64,000 bases of DNA from Octopus vulgaris (lineage: Eukaryota). Where the stretch lies: the NCBI GenBank assembly GCA_951406725.2, contig OX597815.1:124001-188000 (forward strand), written 5' to 3'. Below, piece by piece: positions 12,654-23,825 of the stretch; position 1 is the first letter of the stretch, and the number at the start of each line of letters is the position of its first letter. Below the pieces are notes generated by a model that did not search any database, was not told the origin of the DNA, and saw nothing but the letters and a program-made list of their open reading frames with translations. The translations under genes were made by a program, and so were the position numbers.

Positions 12654-13209
12654 ATGCCCTGATGCAGTACCAGGCAGTGGCTCTCATGGCTTCTGATCTT
12701 AACTGATTGGAAGTGTTATCATGTACATTGTTTTGTCTTGGTATAAAAGATGGGCTACAGCAAATATTCTGCTCAATACCACAGATTTGCTTGTCAGTTG
12801 TTTGACCTTAACCAGTTGAGCATGTCCCTTTGTGGCTGACGATATGTGCATCTCTGATCACGAGCAGAAGTAGTGGGGGAGCATCATAGCCATGTGTTGA
12901 GAGGGATTCTTTGGGGTTTGAATAGTTCACCTCTGGAAACATGGGTGCTTCATTCAACATCCTTAAACAACCCTTATTCAGGGACCGTTTGAGCGGGATG
13001 GGCTACTCAACCTGAAGAAAATTCTAACTGGGCCCCACCTGCAAGGTCATGTGCTGTTTATCTTGATATGAGATCACCATGTCGCGCACATATGGTTGTG
13101 ATGCAGGTGCCTGGTGTACCTTTATCAGACGGGTAGTCATGATGGGTATATTGGGCTTCGTATATTTTACCCCAGTGTCACTTTGATGGCATGAACTGCT
13201 CTCTCACTC
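12654..13209 (+). mobile_element. Family C ~555-nt non-coding element, full length
   Basis: Starts ATGCCCTGATGCAGTACCAGGC, ends CTCTCTCACTC+(AAT)n; 5 copies in window. Confidence 0.85.
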
Positions 13210-13236
13210 AATAATAATAATAATAATAATAATATA

Positions 13237-13490
13237 TGTCCTTGGGAACATTATCAGAAGGCACCAAGAGGAATATAAAAAAAATTGGAATAGAGTGCCC
13301 AGTAGAACTATTACAAAAGGTTTGCCTCCTTGACACAGCCAGAATAAACAGGAAAGTATTAGATAGCTGAAAAGAACAAACAGCATGGTACTGTAGGCTG
13401 CAGGTAGTTAGCCTGTTGCACATGCAAAACCCCAGAAGCTCCAACAAAACATGTGATAAAGAGAAGATAATAATAATAATAATAATAATT
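13237..13490 (+). mobile_element. Dong-type LINE 3' fragment
   Basis: SLGTLSEG..IGIECPVELLQKVCLLDTARINRKVLDS*, then 3' UTR and (AAT)n. Confidence 0.75.
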
Positions 13491-13491
13491 T

Positions 13492-13943
13492 ATGCCCTGA
13501 TGCAGTACCAGGCACTAACTCTCATAGTTTCTAATCTTAACTGATTAGAAGTGTTATTATGTACATGTCTTGTCTTGGTATAAAAGATGGACTACAGCAA
13601 ATATTTTGCTCAATACCACAGATTTGCTTGTCAGCTGTTTAACCTTAATGATTTGAGCTTGTCCTTTGGTGGCTGACAATATGTACATCTCTGATCATGA
13701 GCAGGAGTTGTGGATGAACATCATAGCCATATGTTGAAGAAAATTCTAACTGGGCTCCATCTGCAAGATCATGCACTGTTTATCTTGATATGAGATTACC
13801 ATGTCGTGCACATATGGTTGTGATGCATGTGCCTGGTGTACCCTTATCAAATGGGTAGTCATGTTGGGTATACTGGGCTTTGTATATTTTACCCCAATGT
13901 TATTTTGATGGCATACACTGCTCTCTCACTCAATAATAATAAT
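13492..13943 (+). mobile_element. Family C, diverged, with internal deletion
   Basis: Same 5' end (ATGCCCTGATGCAG) and 3' end (CTCTCACTCAATAAT); about 115 nt missing centrally. Confidence 0.85.
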
Positions 13944-14420
13944 TAGATTGAGGAAAAAAGGAAACCAAGGTTATAGATATTGTAATACCTGGGGACGCAT
14001 GCATAAGTGACAACGAACTAGAAAAGATTGAAAACTACAGACTACTAAAAGATGAAATTGCAAGAATGTGAGCAATGAGGAGAGTAACTGCTATCCCAGT
14101 ATTGTGGGTGCATTCAGTGCACTAACAACCAAGTTTGAGAAATATGTCAGAGAAATTGGAATTGACATGAGAGCAGAGCCAGACCAAGAAACTGGTGGGG
14201 ACAGTTAGGATTTTGAGATTGGTACCTGGATGTTGAATATCTCCCACGATAATTAACAACTATCAAAGTTTATAATATGTAGAAAGATACCCTGTGAGAT
14301 CTCTGACAACAGGCTGCTGTCCACTCTCATAGAATCAACCAGAGCAAACAAGACCAGGCACTCTGAGAAGTAAAACACCATGACCACCACCTCCACCACC
14401 AACAATAACAATAATAAAAT
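13944..14420 (+). mobile_element. Dong-type LINE 3' fragment (different family)
   Basis: IDIVIPGD..EKIENYRLLKDEIARM endonuclease remnant; A/AAT-rich tail. Confidence 0.75.
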
Positions 14421-14740
14421 CCCTTAAAATTTGAAATGATAAGAATTTGGAGTATGAAAACTGTAAAGGTTGTGCCTGTAATAATTGGTGCTTTGGGAAC
14501 TGTGAGCAAAGATATAGACAAATGGTTGATAGAGATTGGAATAGATGTTCTATAGAGTTTCTACAGAAAGTTTGCCTCTTAGGGACAGGAAAGATTATTA
14601 GGAGGGATTTAAGCACTTGAAAGACAGCTAAAAGCTTGTGGATACCTAAGGTTCCAGGTAGTAACCCACTACCCACATAAATTCTACCAGGAATAAGAAC
14701 AGGCCTGACTCAAATCAATAACAATAATAATAATAATGAT
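14421..14740 (+). mobile_element. Dong-type LINE 3' fragment (different family)
   Basis: LKFEMIRIWSMKTVKVVPVIIGALG..FLQKVCLLGTGKIIRRDLST*; same 3' UTR as 41850-42090. Confidence 0.8.
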
Positions 14741-14741
14741 T

Positions 14742-14940
14742 ATAAATTTTGACACAAAGCCAGCAATTTTGCAGGAGTACATTGACCCCAGTGTTCAACT
14801 GATATTTTTTTTATTGACCCCCAAAGGATGAAAGGCAAAATCTTCTACAGCGAAATTTCAACTTTGGACATTAAGACAGACAAAATGCTGCTAAGCTTTT
14901 TGCTTGGCATGCAAACAGTTCTGCCAGTTTGCTGCCTTCA
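14742..14940 (-). mobile_element. SINE with Nin/Deu-like core
   Basis: Reverse complement of 62237-62455 (TTTGCCTTTCATCCTTTGGGGGTCAATAAA core). Confidence 0.7.
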
Positions 14941-15016
14941 AATGCATTACAACAACAACAACAACAACAGTTAGTTCAGTAAACATTCACATCTCCATAA
15001 AAGAAATTGGGAAATC

Positions 15017-15087
15017 AGCATCACCGACTGGTTAAAATGTTTGCCTTGTAATCCTGGGTTCTTGGGTTCGATCCTAGAACCCAGCAT
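15017..15087 (+). pseudogene. Degenerate tRNA-like sequence or SINE head
   Basis: A-box-like ACCGACTGGTTA, CTTGTAA loop, B box GGTTCGATCC; no intact cloverleaf. Confidence 0.45.
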
Positions 15088-15096
15088 TTTACATTT

Positions 15097-15497
15097 AGGT
15101 GCAGACGTGGTTGTGTGGTAAGAAGTTTGCTTCACAACTGCACAGTTCTGGGTTCACTCTCACTGCATGGCACCTTCAGCAAGTGTTTACTGTAGTCTCA
15201 GGCCAACCAAAGCCTTGTGAGTGGATTTGGTAGAAAGAAACTGAAAGAAGCCCATCGTATATATATATGTGTGTGTGTGTTTGCGTTTATGTTTGTCCTC
15301 CACCACTGCTTGACAACTGGTGTTGGTATGTTTACATCCTTATAACTTAGCAGTTTGGCAAAAGAGACTGATAGAACAAGTACTGGGCTTAAAAATAATA
15401 AATATTGAGGTTGATTCTTGCAACTAAAATTGCTCAGGGTAGTGCTCCAGCATGACCGCAGCCTATTGACTAAAACAAGCAAAAGATAGATGATAAA
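15097..15497 (+). mobile_element. tRNA-derived SINE family B (OK-like), full length
   Basis: Head GGTGCAGACGTGGTTGTGTGGTAAG..GGGTTCACTCT; internal (TA)(TG); tail GTGCTCCAGCATGACCGCAG..ACTAAAACAAG. Confidence 0.8.
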
Positions 15498-15619
15498 CAC
15501 AAAAACCTTGGATAAGAAATATCAAATTCTTTTTTTTTTTTAATTAATTGAAACAAAGGCAGTGTATTCCAGCAGATATTTGGTAACAAAAGGGCTGAAA
15601 AACCACAACAACCCTAATA

Positions 15620-15920
15620 TTATCATCATCATCATCATCATTGTTTAACGTCTGCTTTCCATGCTGGCATGGGTTGGATGGTTTGACTGTGGACTGGCAA
15701 GCCAGGAGGCTGCATTAGACTCCACTCTGATCCGGCAAGGTTTCTACAGCTGGATGCCCTTCCTAACGCCAACCACTCTGAGAGTGTAGTGGGTGCTTTT
15801 TACATGCCATTGACATGGGGGCTAGTCAGGTGGCACTGATATTGACCACACTCAAATGGTGTTTTTCACGTTCCACCGGCACAGGAGCCAGTCAGGTGAC
15901 ACTGGCAACAACCACGCTCT
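15620..15920 (-). mobile_element. RTE 3'-UTR/tail copy
   Basis: (CAT)n followed by GGATGCCCTTCCTAACGCCAACC module. Confidence 0.85.
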
Positions 15921-16954
15921 GTCAAATTCAGTGGAATCAGCTTCAGCCTTTTTGTAGCTTAGATTTCATTTTTATATATATTTTTGAATGGTGTTTTGGA
16001 ACTAGATTGAAACCAAATTCCCTGAATGTTAAATAACTTCACCATTAGCTTTACTGGTCGTCACTTTAAGTCTACTGTAGACATGAGCACACTTAATTCT
16101 GCATTATGTCAGCTCAGCAAAAGAAAATTGGTACAAAAGCATTTTTTTTTTCTGGATGAATTACCAGCAAAAGACTTATGCCAGAGAAGGAATCTAATCT
16201 CAACCACTTAATACTGCAGAAACCCAGAATCAAAGACTGGTTTTTATGGATTCTTGTAATTCTTGACAGGAATAATTTTTTCATCTTTAAACTGCTCTAA
16301 GATTTAGTGAAGCAATCATTTTTATGACCCTGTTAAAAGATTTAGTTTTCCTCTTTTATCTGACTTCAATTTATTCTATCACAAACAACTCAAACAAAAT
16401 ATAATGGAACAAATTTCCAAAATGTAGAATTTTCAGGAAACTGAAGGATTTCCATTTCCATTTATATTTCATCTCATTCTTCTCCTTTATTTCTTTCTGT
16501 GATCTATTAATTCATGGGTTACTGATAAAAACATTAAGAAAACAAATGTTTATTAACTGCACAAAATGACAGCACCCACTTTCTATGTATAAATCTTTAC
16601 TCACTCCATCATAGAGGAGAGAGTAGTGGTACTGGCGAATGATGGTGGTAAATAATGCTCATGGTGGCTGTCATCATCATCATCATCCACTCTATTACTA
16701 TGCATTACATCACTTTAACCTAACAAGTTTATCAGAACATTCTCTCTCTGTACACACACACACACACACACACACACATTTGGGATTCAGTCCCATTGTG
16801 CAGCAACTTGAATAAATGTCTTCTTCTGCTCTAGCCTTGGCTCAACTGAAGCCTTGTGAGTGAATTTGGTTGGTAGCTAAAGAAAAGAAACCCATTGTAT
16901 AAATATATGTATGTATATACATATGCCTGTATGTGGCTAGCTTAGTAAGTATGT

Positions 16955-17202
16955 ATCATCATCATCGTCATTTAACGTCCACTTTCCATGCTGGTATGGG
17001 TTGGACAGTTTGACTGAGGTCTGGAGAGCCAGCTGTTGCACCAGGCTCCAATCTGATCCGGCAATGTTTCTACATCTGGGTGCCCTTCGTAATGCCAACC
17101 ACTCCAGGAGTGTAGTGGGTGCTTTTTATGTGCCACCAGTTATAGGGGAGCCAGTCAGGCAGGCCTGGCATCGATCACATTCAGATAGTGCTTTTAACGT
17201 GC
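16955..17202 (-). mobile_element. RTE 3'-UTR/tail copy
   Basis: (CAT)n-TTTAACGTCC...GGTGCTTTTTATGTGCC. Confidence 0.85.
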
Positions 17203-17231
17203 ACACACACACACAAAACACACACATATAA

Positions 17232-17602
17232 AATGGCTGTATGGTTAAGAATTTCGTTTCCCAAACATGAGGTTTTGGGGTTCAGTGTTATTGTGTGACA
17301 TCTTGGACAAGCAAACCCTTAGCTGACTAAAGCTCTTCAGTAGATTTGCAAGACAGAAACTGAAAGAAGTGTGTGTGCGTGCATACATATGTGTGTCTTT
17401 TCTTTTGATGTAATGTGATAGTTGTAAATGAGTATAACCAGCATCTAGACAGTACCCTTCATTTCTGGTCTTCTGTGAAATCATCTCCAACTACGGGAAA
17501 TTTATTACCTTATTTAGAAATGGGAAGAGCATCTGGCTATCAAAAATCTGCCTCTACAAATTCTGCCTGACCCATGAAAGCATGGAAATGTTAAAGTGAT
17601 GA
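17232..17602 (+). mobile_element. tRNA-headed SINE ending in an RTE-like tail
   Basis: Family-B-like head, different body, tail ACCCATGAAAGCATGGAAATGTTAAAGTGATGAT. Confidence 0.6.
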
Positions 17603-17953
17603 TATCATCATCATTGTTTTAACATCCATTTTTCCATGTTTATATGGGTCAGGCGGATTGAAACAGATTTTCTACGACTGGATGCTCTTTCTGTTGCCAA
17701 CCGTCACTTGTTTCCAAGTAAAGTAATATTTCCCCATGGCTAGATATTTTTCATGGAAGAGTGTATGCTTGTATGATGGTGTGTGTGTGTGTGTGTGTGT
17801 AATTATACCTTTGGTGGTGTTTATCTACACAGCACAACTGTTGAACCCAATCAGAGTATGATCTATCTTTGAAATTTATGCTTTTCTCCTTTTTATTGTA
17901 AATAGGAGTTGCTCTTAAGGATCATTTCATTTTAACCAACAATGTATGTATTG

Positions 17954-17995
<42 letters not shown>

Positions 17996-18142
17996 TTTGT
18001 CTTCCACTGGATTTTAATGCAATGTAATAACCTGTTAAATGTTTAATGAATTGTTATTAATTGAGCTCTCAATTACTGTGGATCTATCCTTTGATGTTTA
18101 TACACAAATTATACAGCCAACACATACACACACAGACACACA

Positions 18143-18190
<48 letters not shown>

Positions 18191-19975
18191 AAGCTAAATT
18201 GTATTTGTTGTCGTTTAGATTGATGTCAATTCTGATTGAGCAAATCTGTTGGAAGATGCTTCTATTGAGGTTGATGTTATTTTTGGGTCTTGTGTCCCCC
18301 CAAACATTGTAATGTATATACATCATCCAGTGTTCCTGTCACTCACCACTTTCTGCAATGTTAGTTTCTTTGAAGGCAACCATCTAGTGACCTCCCGATG
18401 ATCAATTTGCTGGTGAGGACTTAACACATGGAGAGTTACCCTTGATGACATGTTTTTATTGCATCCATCAACTTGCAAATTATTCTAGTGGACCATTAAT
18501 TGTGTTAATTTCTCCAGTCTTGAAGAATCTGTGAAGAGCTGGATACAGCCCCTTTTTACTGATCAAAAATGGAAATCCCCTCCACAGAGAACATCCCTTT
18601 CTAAACCATAGTCACTGGAGTTGAACTCAGTACCACTAGTTTTCGAAATACTTGTTAATTTTACCATTTTCTGTAGAGAGTGCTTCTTATTGTGTATTAC
18701 CTAATTGTAGTTAAGTTGAGAGTGAAGTGCCTAAGTTACATACTATGTGTCTAATATACTATTTAACTCTACCATCTGGTCCTTATGTGACACTAATGTA
18801 CAACTTATTGACCAGTGTAACACCACCTCCACTATCTCCAACACCACCATCACCGCCTAGTCCTTATGTGCTCTTAGTAATATATAACAAACCTAAGCTG
18901 TTATCTCTTATACTACCATCACCACCTGACCAGATTCCTAATTCCGTCCTCCATAATCTGCAAATATTCAGACTGGACATTGTGACATGGTGACCACTGC
19001 CCCTTGTTCCTTGACCATCTTATTAAAAAAAAATTACAAGAAAGGAATTGCTGACCACTTGGCCTGTTATCTGGGATTCAATCAACCCAGTCATCATTTT
19101 ACATTATAAATTAGCTTCACGAAATAAGATGCCATTTCCAGTTTAGAAGTCTGTAAATAGTAGAACCATCTCTGTAAATTCTTCAACTCTTGTTTTTCAT
19201 TTTGTTTTTATCTTTCTTTTTATATTTCTCCAGCTGCTCTAAAGACTATTTATTTTGATTGGCATTCTCTTACTTTATTTCTTCCTACCATGTTTAGCTC
19301 TACACATTTCTGAGTTAAGCTTTTAACATATTATCTTACAACACTACTCTCTTATCCACCCTGATTTTTCTCCCTTTTTTTCCCCCCTGCCCCACCTTTC
19401 TGGCATTTTCACTCCTACTTTTCACTTTCCTAAACCGGCACCCCCCTCACTCCCCATCACCTCACCTACATGCTTCAGTTTAGTGAATGTTCAGTGTAGT
19501 AATCAACTACTTGGGCTGATAGTAGTGACTCACTGATGCTAAGTGTTGACATTTTGACCACAAGTAGTGTTAAATTGACTACAGATGCACTATGGCTACT
19601 GTTATGTCTTCCTTGCCCATAACGTAGCCTCTTTCACCAGTTCTACCTCTCTTTCATGATAATTGGGAACATACTTCAACTAACCAATCGGCACAGAAAT
19701 ATTATTCTCTGCTACTGTTAATCTGGTTCCTGTTGTTACTAGTCGACCAAATCAATAATAATTCAGTGAGAGACAATTTGCTTTAGTCTGCTGCACCAAT
19801 CTTAAAAACACCGCAGTTGACGATGTAGACGTAATACTATTTCTTTGTCATCTCATTAAACTTACATTTCTGCTTGCTTAGATGAGTTGTGTTCATTTTA
19901 TTACTCAACACAAAGATGATAGAATTTGATTGTAGCAGACATTACTGGACAAAAATTTATCATATAAATATAACA

Positions 19976-20013
<38 letters not shown>

Positions 20014-20534
20014 AAACAGGTGTTAGTGTGTCAGTTTTACTCTGAAAAATTTGCCTTATTCTGCGAAATATTGTCTTCACATTTGCCATTCTATATTTCA
20101 TGACAATTGTCTGTATTCTGTATGTCTCTGTATATCCCCTCCAGTCTATTTTTATTCCAGTTAATTTGAGTATCTTGTATACAATTTTCTCTGTTCTCTC
20201 TATAAGGTCATTATGCCAAATCTGCCTCCACCTACACACAAAGCCATTCCTCCAACTTCTGACTTTAATGTTTCCTATATTACAGTCACATGAATCTGTC
20301 AGCATTCTGGAAACTAATTAAATCTTGTAAAAATATGATAGGGTAAAATTTGCTAAAATCATTTCAAATTTGAAGATAAAAGATTAAACTGGATAGTAAA
20401 AGTAATATAAACTTGCTTTCCAAAATACATTAATTATTTACAAAGCTATTTCAATGTTAAGTTCCAGTTGTTTAGGTTTTGCTTCGAATAATTTCTGACA
20501 GCTCAGAAGTTTTACTTGTAGCTTATTTATTTAT

Positions 20535-20915
20535 TCTTTTATTCTTTTACTTGTTTCAGTCATTAGACTGTGGCCATGCTGGGGCACCACCTTGAAGAAT
20601 TTTAATTGAACGAATCAAGCCCAGTACTTATTTTTTAAGCCTGGTACTTATTCTACCAATCTCTTTTGCCAAACTGCTAAGTTATGGGGACATAAACACA
20701 CCAACACCAGTTGTCAAGTGGTGGTGGGGAACAAACACACACACACATGGTTTATACAGTAGGCTTCTTTCAGTTTCTGTCTACCAAATCCATTCACAAG
20801 ATGTTGGTTGGTTCAAGGCTATAGTAGAAAACATTTGTCCGAGGTGACATGCAGTGGGACTGAACTTGGAACTATGTGGCTGGGAAGCAAACATCGTACA
20901 AAACCGCCATGCCTC
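20535..20915 (-). mobile_element. tRNA-derived SINE family B
   Basis: Reverse complement of 15097-15497. Confidence 0.8.
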
Positions 20916-20930
20916 TGCCTATATATATAT

Positions 20931-21070
20931 CATCATCATCATCATCATCGTTTAGTGTCCGTTTTCCATGCTAGCATGGGTTGGACGGTTCAACTGGGGT
21001 CTGTGAAGCCGGAAGGCTTCATCAGGCCCAGTCAGATCTGGCAGTGTTTCTACGGCTGGATGCCCTTCCT
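20931..21070 (-). mobile_element. RTE tail fragment
   Basis: (CAT)n-CGTTTAGTGTCCG..GGATGCCCTTCCTA. Confidence 0.8.
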
Positions 21071-22640
21071 ACGCCCTTCCTATATAATGTATGTTTGTAT
21101 ATATGTATGTGTGTGCACACTTGTGTGTTTGTGTTAATATTATCTCCCATGCTCACCTGGAAATAGCATTGAGCTACAACAAACAGTGATCTTTGAAGAT
21201 AATTTCCTGCCAACAAATTGCTTGCTAGCTCTGTGCTTTTGAAAAACATTTAGAAAGGACATCACTGACTGTAAAATGCCTCAGTAATATATTGATATAT
21301 ATGACCCATGTTAGAATAGAAAAATAAGTGTAAAATGAATGAATGATGTGTGTGTGTGTACACGCACACATGGTTGTGGGGTTGTGGGGGTTAATCATGT
21401 GGCTTTAGGTTTGGTCCTACTTCATGCCTTATTAGGAATGTGTTGTCTAAAATAGCCTCAAGCTGACCAATGTCTTGTGAATAGAAATGGTTGATGAAAA
21501 CAATCCAGAAGCTTGCCATCTGATGTGTATCATCCAACTACTAAAGTAGGAGTTGAATAATATTCTTAAAGCCGGAAGTTACTCACGTGCAGCATCTTTC
21601 AGAGCTTGTTGCTAATTCAGTTCTTAACCAAATTGAAAGCTGTTAACATTGTTGAAGAGGACTGGTCCCTAGCTACATTTTGGCATAAAAAATTGAGATT
21701 TGATCCTAGGAGAGTAAGTAACATCACCAATCAAGTTTAGATCTAAATAACTTTTTTATTTTAAAAGCAAAATATATTTATCTTAGCTTCAATGACAGAA
21801 AAAAGCATGAAGAATTTCATAGTTTTGTTCTCATGCAACAAAAATTTGTATCAAAAAAGTTGTGAAGCAAGATATGAAAAAATACATAAGTAAGGCAAAA
21901 AATTGGATTTAAGTATAATTTACTTTTTTTATTTTAAAAACAAACTTAAGCTTAAATGATAGAGCTCAATTCGAGGAATTTCATGGTATCAATCTCATGC
22001 AATGAAGTTTTAAAAGGAAAAGGTTATGAGTGTTTGTTTCTCAAATTTGTGGCTGATAATATAGTTCTATACTTTTTTATGAATATAGTTCTATAAGGGG
22101 ACTTTTAATATATGTTACCAGCGTCATTGAGGTAAGGAAAAAATTATCAACAACACCACTAATTGACACATTTGACACATTGTTAATTAGTGTAATAGCT
22201 TGGCCTGGAAAAAACATGGATTATATGGAAAAATGCAAGCAAGAGAAATAATATTCTTAACGTTATAAACCTGGAAAATTAGAGGACAAGTTAAAATATT
22301 GACACTAGAATGCTTAAAAGATGAGAGCCAGAAGTACGAATATAGCTAAAGTTTTATGCAAAGTAGAATAGTATATATGGTAGGCAAATTCATTATTTAA
22401 AAAATAGGGTCAAGACTAAAAATGTGAAGATTTGGCAATAACTCAAGCAAATTTTACTGTGAAATTGTTGTTATAGGAAGATTTTAATATAATATATAAC
22501 TAATTTTTGTATTATTCTATTTGTTGTACTGACTGATTATATACTAGTATTATCTTTTATACCCTATTTTCAAATTTCTAATTATTAATTAATAATAAAA
22601 AAAAAATGAATTTTTTAAAGTGCAAAAAATATTTTAATAA

Positions 22641-23770
22641 CCTTCCTAATGCCAACCACCCTGAGAGTCTAATGGGTGCTTTTACGTGCCACTGGCATGT
22701 GTGCCATTTGCATGACACCAGTATCTGCCATGACTGCAATTTTATTTGGCTTGATGGGTCTTCTTCTCAAGCACAGCATAATACCAAGGGTCTCAGTCAT
22801 TCATCATTGCCTCTGCAATGCCCAACATTCGAAAGGTGCTTTTTACATGCCACCTTGACTTTGTGAGGTCCAACACTTGAAAGGTGCTTTTTATGTGCCA
22901 CCAGCATGGGTGTCAGTTATGTGACACCAGCATCGGCCACGACTATGATTTCACTTAATTTGGCAGGTCTTCTCAAGCACAGCATATTGCCAAAAGTCTT
23001 GGTCACTAGTCATTGCTTCTGTGAGGCCCAAAGTTCAAAGATCATGCTTCACCACCTCATCTCATATCTTCCTGGGTCTACCTCTGCCCACAGGTTCCCT
23101 CCACAGTTAAAGATTGGCTCTTCTTTACACAGCTGTCCTTGTCCATATGTATCACATGACCATACCAGTGCAGTCATCTCTCTTGCACACCACATCTGAT
23201 GCCTCTTATGCCCAACCTTTCTCTCAAGATGCTTACACTCTCGTACACGCACACTGACATTGCACATCCAGCAAAGCATACTGGCTCCATTTCTTTCAAG
23301 CTTACACATGTCCTCGGCTATCACAGCCCAGGTTTCACTGCTGTGTAGCATGGCTGTTCACACACAGGCATCACACAATCTACCTTTCACTCTGAGTGAG
23401 AGGCCTTTGCTACCAGCAGAGGTAGGAGCTCTCTGAACTTTGTCCAGGCTATTCTTATTCTCACAGCTATGCTCTCAGAGCATCTACCTCCACTACTAAC
23501 TGGGTCACCTAGATAACAGAATCTATCTACTACCTCTAGCTTACCCCACTGGCATTTGATGGAGTCTATTTCCTGTACATTTTCAGTGTTAATTGTACCT
23601 GTGCACCTTCCACACATGCTATAACCTTCCTCTGATTGTTGCTGCACCTCTTACGTGTCCATAGCTTACACCAGGTACATCTTATGGAGTTTGTACCTAT
23701 GCCTTTTCTACAAATCGAGCAGGGCCATCTACCTGAAGGGATTTGTGATTTGTCTGCCTTCCTACTTACT
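22641..23770 (-). mobile_element. RTE LINE fragment with PHD-type insert, degraded
   Basis: CGRCTG..LEVVDRFCYLG..RIRIAWTKFREL; SETW; LCWMCNV; followed by 3'-UTR motifs. Confidence 0.85.

Positions 23771-23825
<55 letters not shown>

Noticed and set aside
12654-12676. Family C 5' hairpin as U2 snRNA stem-loop IV or a hammerhead core
   Set aside because: CCTG-ATGCAGTAC-CAGG only loosely resembles U2 SL-IV, with no other U2 similarity; CTGATGC is not CUGANGA and no paired GAAA follows; no HDV-like L3 found by eye.
12654-13209. Family C as telomerase RNA
   Set aside because: No CTAACCCTAA-type template or 3' H/ACA layout; dispersed multicopy element.
19491-19536. Hairpin TCAGTG..ACTACT/AGTAGT..CACTGA
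   Set aside because: Asymmetric bulges and about 15 bp; expected by chance in 64 kb.
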